DNA of 64,000 bases from Paraspadella gotoi (Eukaryota; Animalia; Chaetognatha). Positions 23,573 to 36,735 of this stretch are shown piece after piece; position 1 is the stretch's first letter, and every line of letters starts with the position of its first letter. The position numbers and the translations under genes were made by a program. Location of the stretch: NCBI GenBank assembly GCA_051294375.1, contig CM119265.1, positions 8,998,772-9,062,771 on the forward strand, written 5' to 3'. The notes beneath the pieces are model-generated. The model worked only from the letters and a program-made list of their open reading frames with translations. It was not told the DNA's origin and did not search any database.

Positions 23573-25248
23573 TTAACCAAAGGAGAAGGAGAAATGCTGA
23601 CCGCTGTGGCTGTGGCCGCCCGGCCCGCCGAACTGAAAGGAAAAGCCGCCTGGCCCGCCGGGCCCTCCCGGCCCGCCGCCGCCACCACCGAAGAACGCCT
23701 GGAAAATCTGATTGGGGTCGACATCAAAGTCGGGATGGCCGCCGTCGTCGTCGAGGTCGTGGCCGGCGTCATATCGCATCCTCTTGCTCTTGTCCGAAAG
23801 GACAGAGTACGCCTCGTTCACTTCTTTAAACTTTCGCTCCTCCTCCTTCCGCTCGGCCTCTTCCGCCGTCGTGTGTCGGTCGGGGTGATGAACCAAAGCG
23901 CGCTTCCTGAAAGAATATGGATAGGGGCGTTGTATTGAAAACGTTCTTTTTCGTATGAACTGATCGTGTTGTTATAAAAATTGAGCAGAGCGGCGACATC
24001 AACAATTGCAGCATTCAAAAAAGTTTTTAACCAATTTAATAACCTGTAACCCTTCTTGATCTCATCTTCAGTAGCGTCTTTCGAGACTCCCAATATTTTG
24101 TAGTAATCCTTGCGTTTGCTTTTTTTTAGTTCTATCTTGGCGTCTCGCAGGTTGGCCTTGTATTCTCTATTGCCGCGGTCCATCTGGCAGAGTTTCTCGA
24201 AATCTCTTACTGCTTCCTCGTGCTTGTCCAGCTCTTGAAATGTCTTGGCTCGCCGCAAATAAGCTTTCTGGTAGTTTTCGTCCAACTCGATCGCTTTGGT
24301 GCAGTCGTCGGCCGATTCCTCGAGTTTCTTCAGCTTCGACAACACCATCGCGCGGTTGTTGTAAAGTTTAGCGTTGGTCGGTTTGTTGTGGGGGTCGATT
24401 TCGAGGGCCTCAGTGTAGATTTGTCGAGCTATTTCCCATTGTCCGGCTTTGAAGGCGGCGTTGCCCTCCTCCTTTTTCGTTTGAAGACGTTTGGCGCGGC
24501 GGAAACAGTCGCGCGCCTTGGGATGATCGGGCGCCAGTCGCAGCACCTGCTGAAAGTGTTGGTAAGCCTTTTCCAGGTTGTCGGCGTAGTAGAGGCAGAG
24601 CCCGCGGACGAAGAGGGCGTCGCAGTTCATGGTGTCGGACTGGAGAATCTCGTTCGCGGATTCCTGTGCCTCTTGAAAGCGACCGATCATAGCCAGCGCC
24701 TCCGCCTTGAGCAATTTGTACCTCGCGCATTTGTGAGCGAACTCTAGAGCACGGTCCATTGAATAGACGACTCGGCGAAAATCCTTCTTGGCGTATTCCG
24801 TCTCGGCGCTCTGTTCGTAGACGAGGACAGCTTGAGCTTGCTTACATTCGTTCTCGGCCGTGCCATTGGCATTATCGAGCTGAAGCGCCATTTGGTAAGA
24901 CCGAATGGCGCTTTTGGGATCGCCTAGCACCAGGTGACACTTGCCCTCCCTAATGTGGCCCTTTAGATACTCGGGATCTCGTTTGACGCACTCGCGAGCG
25001 TCTTTCAGGGCCTCTCGCCATTTGTTAGTCATCATGAAAACGGCAGCTCGGTTACAATAATAGGCGGCGCAGTCGGGACAGGCTTTGATCGCCTCGTCGT
25101 AGCATTTGAGAGCGAGGGTGTATTGCTTCTTTAAATAATAATCGTTGCCTTCCACTTTCTTCGCTTCGGCTAATCGCATCGGCGAATCCCCCGACGATTC
25201 GTCGAAGTCCATCGGCACACCGTTTGTGTAAAAGTGTGAGTCTACCAT
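23573..25248 (-). CDS. DNAJC7: DnaJ homolog subfamily C member 7 (TPR repeats plus C-terminal J-domain)
   Basis: Two coding exons (25248-24044 and ~23906-23573). Multiple TPRs, [42 protein letters not shown]-rich tail FSFSFG*. Confidence 0.96.
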
Positions 25249-25757
25249 GTTTTATATAGTCACGCGAAATTTGATTCTGCGTGCTCAAGGAGTGTTTCTT
25301 GAATCAGGTGTTCTCTTCTTTCCTGCTAAAAAAAATGAGTGAAACGACGTGGAAATAAAATGAGCAACGAAAAACTAATGACGAAATTGGCCACGTACAC
25401 CAAAAACGGATCAAATATATACAGGAAAGCATTGCGACAACAAGTACCTCATACCCATACAATGTCACATCTATTAAAAAAGGAAATAACGCTAATTAAA
25501 AAAAGTACGTGGCATCCATGATTCTGTGTTTTGACTTAAGGCGACAGTCAAGCTGTTCCTTTGTTGAAATCCGTGGATAAGAAAAATCTAGAATGTTTAG
25601 AGGACATGACTAATTTTTGAGTTTAATTAATTTAATTGTTCAGTAGCTCGTAATTACTAGTGTACTTAACTAATTCGATTACAATAGCAGCATAAATTTG
25701 AGAAGGAAGTAATATATTTTTTCTTGGAAATCTCAACTGGTTCTCCCTTCGCTGTCG

Positions 25758-25770
25758 GTTGCTAGGGAAC
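25758..25770. promoter_or_regulatory. RFX X-box in the DNAJC7/DNAJB13 divergent promoter
   Basis: GTTGCTAGGGAAC (reverse complement GTTCCCTAGCAAC) ~155 bp upstream of the ATG of the ciliary gene DNAJB13. A second partial site (GTCCTTAACAAC) follows immediately. Confidence 0.6.
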
Positions 25771-25924
25771 GGCGTCCTTAACAACCGTGTTTTGTACAGT
25801 TTTTTGAAAGAAGTTTGATCACTTTGATTTTTGTTATAAAAAAATATTTACGACATTGACTCGTTTGAAAAGATAGATTTAATTAAAAATTCATATTTAG
25901 ATTTACTTTTAGAAATCAACAATC

Positions 25925-28345
25925 ATGGATTATTACGGGACATTATGTTTGACAAGAAGCGCGGGCGATGCCGACATTAAAAAGGCCTACAGAAAGCTCG
26001 CTCTGAAATATCATCCAGAAAAAAACAATGAATCTGGGGCCTATGAAAGGTGGTGTTCAGCAATGAACCTAAATCTCGAATTTAATTTTTATTCTCATTG
26101 TTTTATATTCTTTATTACTGAAGGTTCACGCTTGTGGCAGAAGCTTACGACGTCCTTTCCGATCCCAAAAAACGTGCCGTGTACGATCAATACGGAGAAG
26201 AGGGTCTCAAGGTATTTTCGTCTTCTACACCTGTTAAAATTTATGAAACCGTCTGTAATCGAATCGATTTCTTTCTTTAAGGTAGGTGTCCCGATCAACG
26301 ACGATGGAGACTTTACCGAGGCCTATACGTTCCACGGAAACCCAGAGAAAGTCTTTCGAGAATTTTTCGGTGGAGACAACCCATTTGCGGAATTCTTCGA
26401 CAGGTTATTTTAGTTCTTTCTGTTCTATTACTTATAAAAAATGGGTCAATTAATCAAGTAAATGTAAATTGATTAACAGCATGCAATCCGAAATGAATCT
26501 GGGCTTCGGCGGAATCAAAGGAAGGGGACGCAAGAAGAAAGACACTGCCATTGAGCGAGACTTGATTCTTTCCCTGGAAGAGGTCAATATTCATTCACAA
26601 CAACTTACACAAAAGTGACAAACCTTTTAACGAGCAGATAAACTACATTTAAAGGTCTATCATGGTTGCACAAAGAAAATGAAAATTTCTCGTCGAGTCA
26701 TCAATGAAGACAATCACACTTCATCTATTCGTGACAAAATTTTGACGATCACCGTCAAGCGTGGTTGGCTTCCTGGAACAAGGATCACGTTTCCCGAAGA
26801 AGGCGATCAGGTCCAAAAACGAATTGATAACTCTAAACTTATTAAATTATAGTTTCCTCAAATACTTACTACGTCGTAACTAACCGTTTTATTACAAGAA
26901 CCGTTTGAGGAAAAACGTTTAAAAAACAGGAGATAACTCCTTTTTATCGATTATAATTACGGTCATTTATCCTAAAATTTTTGGAGCAAGCGGAGAAAAC
27001 CAATTATAATATCAGTTCATTATAATATGGTTGGCTGTGGTTTTTGTGCCCGGCGCAAAAGCGAAGTCACGGTTGCCCCGTTTCCCGTTTCGCGTGTTGG
27101 CACCGGTACGCGGTCGAAACCGGGGCTCCTCCACGTGAAGGTCCAACTCCTTCGTCGGCTCCCGCAAGATGCTTTTTTCCGGCTGGAGCTTCATGTTGCG
27201 AAAAGCTGGAGAGAGAAGTCCAAAGCCAAAGGGAGGGGGGCAAAAACACTTCCAAAGAAGAATTTAATTTGGGAGGACTTTCTCTCTTATCACCCTTCTC
27301 GTTCTGTTTGTCGTATTCCGTGAGTCGCGAAACGATTTCGACCTTCGTGCCGCTGACGTGCAATCCCCGCTCCTCGCAGATCTTTTTCAGCTCCAAGACC
27401 CTTTCAGGCCAATATTCTGAATCTAGAAAAAAGTATCTCATCTCTCGTTGTTTGTTGGTCGCTCAGGACTCAGGAGTCAAAGATTTCTCGAACGCACCGT
27501 GAAGGTCGTCTACTTCGAGACGTTTGACGAGTTCTTCCTTTTTGCCGGAGACAGGGAGCATTCTCTTTCTGCATTCCTCCTTCAGTTCGGGCAGCAGGCG
27601 TTCCTCGTAAGGCCGGTTTTCTTGCTTTTCGCTCACCCTTACGATCTTTTGTTTGCTCTTTTGCTCGCTCGCCATGACGTTATCCCTTTGGCGCTGGATT
27701 CCCCCCAATTGGTCGTCATCGTCCCCCCCTCTATTATTTGGCGCCATCCTCAGACATCGTTAAGTTCCGGGTAACGGTTTATGTAATGTTACATATCGAC
27801 GGTTAAACTTAAAAATATCAAATGCTAAAAATAATACGGAGATCGACGATACTAGTCACTTTTATAGCCTCATTTTTAAAAAAGTTTCCGTTTCCGTCGG
27901 GAAATTGTAGGGTCCTAACAACATCCCGGCCGACATCGTTTTCATCGTTAAAGACAAAAATCACCCCAAATTTCGCCGCGAGGGAACGAACCTCATCTTC
28001 ACCGCCAATGTCCCCTTAGGGAAGGCGCTCACCGGGTGCAGGTGAATACAAAATTTTTTCCACTATTCCCTTTATTTTCAAGTTTTCAACTTATAAACAA
28101 TCGTTCACAGCGTGGAGGTGCCCACCCTGGACGGCCGGTTGCTCAACATTCCCATCGTGGACATAATCCAGCCTGGCTATACCAAGGTGGTGCCAAACGA
28201 GGGCATGCCGATCGTCAGATCAGAACTGGAGACGGCCATGCGAGCCCCGGAAGAAATGGGCCAACTTATCATCGAGTTCAACATCATCTTTCCGAAAAAA
28301 CTCACGCCGGAGAAGAAAAACGTCATTCGAATGGCTTTGATGTAA
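25925..28345 (+). CDS. DNAJB13: DnaJ homolog subfamily B member 13 (radial-spoke HSP40)
   Basis: Exons 25925-26049, 26124-26211, 26282-26403, 26480-26582, ~26656-26810, 27911-28041, 28111-28345. [98 protein letters not shown]. Confidence 0.93.
27012..27747 (-). CDS. Nested three-exon gene encoding a ~190-aa protein with two SAP domains
   Basis: Exons 27747-27498, 27422-27294, 27205-27012; introns of 75 and 88 nt (GTGCGT..CTAG; GTGATA..CCAG), both phase 1, give one open frame of 573 nt. SAP motifs [27 protein letters not shown] and [27 protein letters not shown]. Confidence 0.8.
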
Positions 28346-28610
28346 AGAATAGAACCGATGCAGTAACTTTAAAAAAAATATTTTTCTTAACATGATTGTA
28401 ACCACTTTCCGCGGCTAGTCATTTAATATTTCATGATCTCGCCATTTTTAAATTTTTTTAAAATCATCTGACTCATCTTTTTTAGAATCAAGTTCGGAAA
28501 TGATGGAAGAAGACGTTTGTAAAACTGGGCAAATGAGGAGCTAACGAGTAGCTGAATATAAAAATTTACAATTATTTTTTGCTAAACATTTTTCCTCGAT
28601 AAAATTGACA

Positions 28611-31600
28611 ATGACGACGGCTTCGACTCGACGGGCGACGTTGCCGGATCCCCTAGCGCCACAGCCGGAACCGCGCCGATCAGCGGTGCCGTCGACTCTA
28701 ACGGCGCCGCCCACTTCCCGGCCGCCGGTGCCGAATCACCTCCTCGACTCGGAGACATTCTCAAAGGTTACCAAGAACGATGCGGTGGTAGCGTCGCCCT
28801 CTGTCGTCCACTTCGGCGGCTTCGTCGTGGGGCGTGTTCACGTGCGCAAGCTCGACCTCGTCAACTGCTCGCCCGAAGTGCAACGCTATCACATCGTCGC
28901 CCCACAAACACGTTTTTTCAAGATCAAATATACTAAAGGCGATCGGCTGATTCCTGGTAAGTCTCGGTGGATACATACATAGTGACTTGGACGCTTTGAA
29001 TTTGAAAATATAATTTGCTAACTTTTAATTATTTTTAGGTTTAGCGCTTCGCGTTGAGATCAATTTCATCCCCGACGAATGGCGCTATTACTACGATTGT
29101 CTTCGCATCCACTGTCGATGCGGCGACAATCTCGTCATTCCCATTCACGGATACCCGACTCTCGACGACGCCGCCGTGCCCAAGAGCTTCACCTTTTCGC
29201 CTACGCCCATAGGTTGAAAATTTACGACGGAACGACAAGAATATATGATAAAAGATATATAATATATAGTATATGTCTGATTATATGATGATGAAAATAA
29301 TCATTGACAAAATATGTGGAATTCTGCAATGGTTCACATCAAAACAACAAAACAAGTCTTTTAACTCTCATTTTTTAAAAATATTTTCTCCTCAGGCATC
29401 CAACAAACGAAGGTGGTGCCTCTCCGGTCTCCGCATCCCGTCTCCTTCGAGTTCCGCGTTTCGATCATCGAGGGAAATCCCGCCTTCGCCGTTCAGCCGA
29501 TGGAGGGTCTCGTTCCCGCCCGCGGGGAAGCAAGGATTAACGTCATCTTCACTCCGATAGCTTTCGTCACTGGTGAGCGGCGTTTGTTTCATTTCTGTTC
29601 TCTCATTTTAGATTTATAGTAATATATTTTTTTAAACCTTAGCCTCTATGAAAATGATGATCGAAACGTCCCAGTTCAACTCGAAACCTCACGTGTGCGT
29701 CTTCGCGGGACAGTGTCGGCCAGGCTTGGCGTCTGGAAACGGACCAGGGATCAAAGGTCACTCCCGTGCCGTATCCACTTTGGATCCCAACGAAATCAAG
29801 CCGTTAGAAATAGCTAGGAAAAGGAGGCAACTCACCAAGTACGAAGGACGAAGTTCATTGATTAGTTTTAATCCATTGAATTATTTTTTTCCTCCAGTTT
29901 TAAAAAGCTTTTTTATAAAACGTTTAAATAATATTACGAATTATTTTTTTTATTCTCAGAGTTGGCAAAGTGTCGTTTCGAGGCAGAGTACGACCTCCCT
30001 CGGCCGGAAGCGAGAGTACCGCCTCGGAAACAGAGAAGGACGGAGTGCTGTTTCCGAGAGATCTTAACAACCCTCAGGTCTTCATTTTGCAAAAAAAGTT
30101 TCTCAAAACATTAATGGAAAATAATAAAATTAATAATAATAAAAAAAGTAACACAATACAAACATTTCAATACCCTCGATACTCGATAGTATTTTATACA
30201 TTTCAATAGACTGATTTTATTAATTATAAAACTTCGATTTTTTTTCTCCTTTCCAAGGCCGTCTGCTATGTCCTGAATCAACGGCCGGGGAGGATGACGG
30301 CGAAACAACTGCGGGACGTCATCTCTCAGGCTTCGAGCAGAAAGAAGTCAGCCAAGGTTCGGTCTGCCAACGTTATCTCTTTTTACGATGCTCTGTTTCT
30401 ATTTCCCATGTCAACTTTCACTGTCACTTTCCCACGCAAAACCAGGCGTCGCGCGCTCGCAAGGAGGCGCTATTCGTGGGGAAGATCAATGACCTCCAGG
30501 CGGAGGAGCGGGCGAATCAGTTGAGGTGGATGACCAAATTGGGGGAAGAGGCCATGACGCCAAGATCAAAGGAAGAGGTCACTGAGGATAGGTAAAGAAT
30601 AATCTATCAGTATGATTTTATTATTATTAATTTATTGATATTATATATATTGGTAATAACCTTTCTTTTCGTTGTTCTATGTATTGAGGCAAAATGGTTT
30701 TTGTTTTACAACTTGCAACTAAAGCCGAAACATGTCCGTTTTTTCTATGAAAATAAAAAAAATTCGTTGTAAAACAAAAACCATTTTGATATTATATATA
30801 TATATATTATATATTTAATCTTTATCAATTGACTTCGTATCAGGCAAACTGCCCTGGAGCTTTACAAGCAAAAGCGTGGTGATCCTTCGGTAGATGACGA
30901 GATCGTGCGCAATTCCTCCGTCGCTCAATACAAGCGCATCAAACGCGGAGTGGATCGTCCTCAGACCGAACAGTGCGTCTGATAATAAATCAATAAATGA
31001 GATTTTTCCCTAGTTCCATCGGCCTACAACGAATTCCTTCTCTTTGGCTTTTCCAGCCGACCGAGAACGGAAGAAACATCGGCGACGCTCCCTGGGGCGA
31101 TGGCAGAGCCAACGCATCAACCCAAATTCGATCACTACAAGAACGAACCATGGCGGCTCAAGAACAGAGCCCTCTTTTTGTTTAATCAGGTGAGTCACGT
31201 TACTCGTTACCGTTTAATGTAAGTGTTGTTGTTGTTGTTGTTGTTGTTCTTGTTCGAGTAGTTTGATTGGGCTTTTTTTTTTAATATTATCTTTCTTTAT
31301 TCCCCGCCCTTCTTCAGGGCGCTCGCAAAGTGTTAATCCAAAACCGAGCGGACCGCAACCTGGCCAAGATGCGGCGCTTCAAGGAGGCGTGGAAGGCTGG
31401 GCGGATGAGCGTGGAAAACGTGAGCGTGACTACGGCGCCGGAGGAGCGGGTTGCCACGCCCCCCGTGACGCAAGGGGCGGCCTTGGAGGCGGCGTTGGAG
31501 GAAGGGTTCGCGCAGAAGGAGGAAGAGAAGAAAGTCGATGTCGTCATCGAGGATTTGGAAGACGTCGACAAGGCGACCGAGATCCTCGAGACTAAAGTAG

Positions 31601-32319
31601 ACAAGGTGGTTGAAGATGATTTCTTGAAGGATAATCAAATTTATCCCGGTAGAAGTATCTCTTCTGTTTCCTCACATTCACAATCGTAAATTGCTTATTC
31701 AGTTGGTCCCGTCCGTGATTATCCCGGATGTAATTTGCGCCTGGTCGTTTCCCGAATACGTCGCACCCAACTATGTCGACGACATGTCGGGTAAGGCTTT
31801 GGGCTACGTCCCCTACCGGATCACGGAGGTCGAAGTCCACTCCCAAACGCCTTACTTTAATCTCAAGGTAACGAAGGAAAGAATTCATTTGTTCGCCTTT
31901 TTCTACCTTCCCTTCCTCATTCCGATCAGGCCCCTCAACAAAACCGCATCCTGACCTACCATCGCCACTCGACTCAGGACGCGGCGACGAACTACGTGGC
32001 GCCGGAACGCCGCTCCCTCCGCGAGGGCGCCCACGAGGAGCTGGCCAGCGGCATCATTGATCCGGAAGACAGGCGAAGGTCCAGTCAAGGTGAATGTTAA
32101 AGAAAGTTAAGATAATTAATTAATTATTATTGGTAAAGCGGTCTTTAGATGCGATCGGGATTTGTTGTAGTGCTTGTGAAAGACGGATGGAGAGGATTTG
32201 AAGTAAAAAAAATGTTGTTTGTTTAAAGTGGAATCCTTGATCTAATCATCGTAAACGTCTGCGAGAGCATCTGAGAAAAACAGATGAGGCTATCTAAGCT
32301 ATCCCACTGAGAGGAGAAA

Positions 32320-32377
<58 letters not shown>

Positions 32378-34204
32378 ATATCTCTCAAATTGATCGAAAC
32401 ATGGTTCGTTATTCTCTGTTTTCATTTTGCTCTTTCGTCTTTATCGCTTTTCAATTTTCAATCTTCTCTCCTTTGCTCTCCCCACATTCCTAATTATCTA
32501 CACTTTTCCCCACTTTCTCCCACTCCCCACTCAGACCCCACTCTCGACGAGGATTTCGACCCGGCGTCTATTCGAGCGGATCTGCTGAAGATGCCCGAGT
32601 TCCTCGACGAGTTTAAATATCCTCCCATAGAAGTCTTCAACGCGGCTCCGGGACTCGTTAGGTTTAGGTGAGAGGAATCGAGGGGATGAATTGTTGACAA
32701 CACGGGTGAATTGAAAAATATCAAACTCAAAGCTACATATTTACATTCGTTTCGTTACATTGCCTTCGCCCTTTCCCCAGAAAAACCCTTCCTTACTCGG
32801 AGACGGACCTGGACTTTCACTTGAACCCGATCCCGCCACATCCCTGTCGCCACGATATCTCCACCGCCTCGACCCACTGCGCCACCCAACGCGCCTTCAT
32901 CGATCCCGACGACGTCGTCCCCGGTGTCATGACATGGAAGCGTTACGTTCGCCACGGTTTGGCGGCGACTACGCAGACGCCGAGTCTCTCGTCCGTGTGG
33001 ATGCCGAGGTGGACGGATCCGTACTTGGAGGACATGGCGCCGAGGAAGGGGCCGAAGATGAAGGGGCCTCCGGAGTCGGAGGAGGAGGAAGAAGAGGAGA
33101 AGGCAGAGGAGGGGAAGAACGAGGGTAAAGAGGAAAAGGTGAGGTTATTGTTTTAATTTTTAAAGTTTTTGTTATGAGTCTCCTTATAACTGAATCGCAT
33201 GAACAAAAATTCATAGTTGCCAAGTCGTGCTCTGACGGCGCCGCCAGCCTCCGCTCCCGCAACAGCGCCTCCAACGGCGTCTGCATCGGCGGTGCCGGTC
33301 CCGCAGATCGTGGCTTCTTCCATGACGCTGGATTCCATTCGAGAACATTTTCCACTTATCCCACAATTGGGTTTGCTCAAAAAAAGAAAAATTAATGAAT
33401 GAAACGAAGAAAAAAAAGCAAAATTAATCTCATACCTAATCTTTCTACAGATATACCCCCAGCGCCCTCAATGATGTTCGACAGTCAGATGCAACTCACG
33501 AGTGGCGCCACTGGTGCTCCGGGTGATACTTCTCAGGTAACGTCCTTTTCTAAAACTCAAAGACTACTTTTAACATTGCACTGAGGAATATATATTATAT
33601 AACCTTGGATGTGTTCTTGAATTTAGACCGTCGGCGGCGCCCCCGGAGTCTCTCAGGCGGAACTCTCCGACTCCTCCGCCAACTTTCCCTACAGTCGAAC
33701 GCTTCCTAAATCCTACGTTCCATTGGCGCCGACTGGTGGGCTCATTTCCAGGTGCCTCGAGAAAGACGACGACAAATGATGTTAATTATATATAAAGATG
33801 TTAAAGATGACAACTCCCAATCCTCCCTCCCCACTGATCTCAGGGATCAGCGCCTCCGCGAACTGAACATGTTCGTGCTCTCCAAGTACAACCAACTCGG
33901 TCGCCGAGTCGACGAGAACCTGGAGACGATGAACGGCCTCTTGACGGACCCGAGTCTCCGGTTGGAGCGGAGGAGGAAGAGGAAGTCGGAGGAGGTGGAC
34001 GACTTCGAGCACGAGGTGGGAATTCGGGAAAGGGAAAAGAAGAGGAGAGGAGAGGAGAAAATTATTAGTTCATTTTAGTCATTTCACTTCAGTTATTGAA
34101 TGTTGCGATTAAACTTTCAGGATAGCGAAGAAGCGTTGAAGCCTCTCTCCGCCCTGGACCCGCCCATTATAGTTACGGACAGCGCCGCCTCTCAACCGCA
34201 ATGA
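28611..34204 (+). CDS. CFAP221: Cilia- and flagella-associated protein 221 (PCDP1), multi-exon
   Basis: VPNHLLDSETF..PSVVHFGGF..HIVAPQTRFFKI..LIPGL..FIPDEWRYYYDCLRIHC..LVIPIHGYP, later TPYFNLKVP and VVPGVMTWK match the CFAP221 pattern. Last exon 34121-34204 inferred from splice sites. Confidence 0.9.
30690..30788. repeat. Perfect 23-bp inverted repeat (mini-MITE or intronic hairpin)
   Basis: CAAAATGGTTTTTGTTTTACAAC (30690-30712) and its exact reverse complement (30766-30788), 53-nt spacer, inside a CFAP221 intron. Confidence 0.8.
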
Positions 34205-34687
34205 TGGTCGAGGCGGAAATCACTTGACTCAATTAGAAAGAATAATCGAGCGAAACGAGAAACGCCAAACAACATTCCATTTTTTTAAACTTTTTTCACG
34301 CCATTTTTTTTAATTCCAATTCTGTAATGTGTAGTCTACCATTTACCGTGTCATTCATCTTGCTGGATAACAAGATTTGTTTTTAAACCTCAAGGTTACG
34401 GCGGCTTATTTTTAAAAAGAACGGGAGAATTAAAAGGGGTTTTATGGCCGCTTCGAGGCCGTTTTTTCAGACGCGTTCTCAGGCCTTTTTTCAATCCCTT
34501 TTATGGCCATTTTTAAGAAGAGGTTTGTTGATCATGGATTCTCTTTTTCTCGAAAAACCATCGAGATGAATCGAGGCCGAAGGACGAAGGTTAATTTAGC
34601 GATCTATCTCTCTATTTCTAAAAAATCTATCTGCAGGGATATAGAGAGAAGAGAGAGAGGAGAGAAGAGAGAGAGAGAGGAGAGAGA

Positions 34688-34756
<69 letters not shown>

Positions 34757-35021
34757 CGTGTTTTTTATGCGAAAAAGGTATTAGCGGGAGGTGGGTGATT
34801 ATAGCCTTTCAATTACGTAAACGTTAGCAACGATATAGGGAGGGGTCGATGAAGTCGACTTTACTAACAATAATATTAAAGATATAAATCAAAACGAACG
34901 TCAAAACCTCCTATCGACGAAGAAGGTAAACGTCCCGGGGAAATGTCCGCCTTAATATCAACGTTAGAACATCTTGGGGAGCGTGAGTGGAAATTCTTAT
35001 CAGTGAGTAAACGATCTCTCT

Positions 35022-35102
<81 letters not shown>

Positions 35103-36680
35103 TTTTTTCTCTCTCTTTGAGTGGGCGAGCGTGAGGCAGAAGCCAGAGATAAGCACAAGGAAAGAAAAAAATTTAAAAACCAGTGGTAATTTTTCTGCTG
35201 GAAGCTTCTTTCTGCAAATATTTCTAATCTTCCTCTCTTTTTAGTTTTTTTATTCCCCGAGCGCCGGCGATTTTTCTCAACATCCAACTCGAAGATCTTC
35301 GGACAAGAATCTTTTTCTTGTATTTTTTTTTCTGGACTTTTTCGGCCCTTCGAACTTTGGCTGGGGAAGCGAGCATTACACGAGGTAATTAATAAGTATA
35401 CGTCCTTTTTATTGGGCATTATCATTTGGCAACGATCTTGTATCTTGTATCGGAATTAAGAGAAAACGAGAAAATTTTTTTTTTAAATTTCCGTTCAATT
35501 TTAGTCCTGAATATTCATTATCTTGCACTCAATTTTGTCTCCGTTCCCCATTGTATTAACATCCGCTTTTTCAGAATTGAAAATCATGACAAGAGGTTAA
35601 ACAAAAGACTAACTGGTTAGAAACGGAACGTCAATTCTTTTTAAAAGGGGATAAATCAGAAGATGTTATCTGCAATATTACGATTCCGATAGGGATCGAT
35701 CGTGATCTCACTTGGGTCAGTGAGCCGAGGAGTGCGTGTCTCTGTCTCTGTTTTCGAATGAGAAAGGAAAGCAAGAAAGAAAAAAAGAAGAAAAAGAATC
35801 GACTATCGCGGCGCCGCGAATAGATTGTCATTGTGTCTGGGTAGCTGAGATTTCTTTTTGGATGTCACCTGGCTTCGTTTTTGTCGCGCGTCGCGGCGAC
35901 GACGAATTCAGAGGAATGATGAATGGACGAAGAATCAGAACAGAGTGGATCCTTGGGGGGGGCAGAATCAATTCCGTTTGAGGTTGAGAGAGAGAGAGAG
36001 AGAGAAAGAGAGGATTTCCAGACTTTGGGAGTATCACTATCACTAAGGTTAGAGAAATGAAGAAATTGGATTGCCAGGACTTTTGACCAGAATTTTGACA
36101 GGTGGAATCTGGAAAAGTCACAACAATCAAGGAGAGATGTTTGTTGCCGAACGATATATCTTAGCGGTCAGAGAAAGCTTATTCATTATATTAACTTGAT
36201 TAAGAGGACCGAGATAGAGAGGCATGACGATTTATGAATTCATAAACTCAAGGTACCAAGAAAATCTAATTTTCATTTTTTACTTAAGTATTTCCAATTC
36301 CGAGTAGAGATTTTAAAAATGACTGGGTAATTAATCATTCAGACTTACCAATCATCGAAAATGCCTGAAAGTCTTTTCCTTTGGATAATTATTATATTCT
36401 CGATTTAATTTTAGCTTTAAAATTGTCGGAGATTCGACAAGCGGCACACGGAACAATTACCGAAATTTACTATTTATTACTTTCAATTAACGACAACCGA
36501 TACAACTTTTACGTGGCCATAAATCGGCGGTCAATACAGATAAATCTTTTTCATCAAAAGGTGACGCTTCCGCCGCGCTTCGCCAGAGGGCCTCCCGAAA
36601 TCGTCTTCCAGAGAAAAATAAAAGAAATCAGAACAAAAGGTCAATCCGAAGGTCAAAGCCGTCCCCGAAAAGAAAAGAAG

Positions 36681-36715
<35 letters not shown>

Positions 36716-36735
36716 ATTTTCTCTCCGCCGCGAGA

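Noticed and set aside
27442-27465. Selenocysteine or stop read-through joining the two in-frame SAP ORFs at TGA
   Set aside because: The TGA lies inside a canonical 75-nt GT-AG intron (27423-27497) whose removal keeps the frame.
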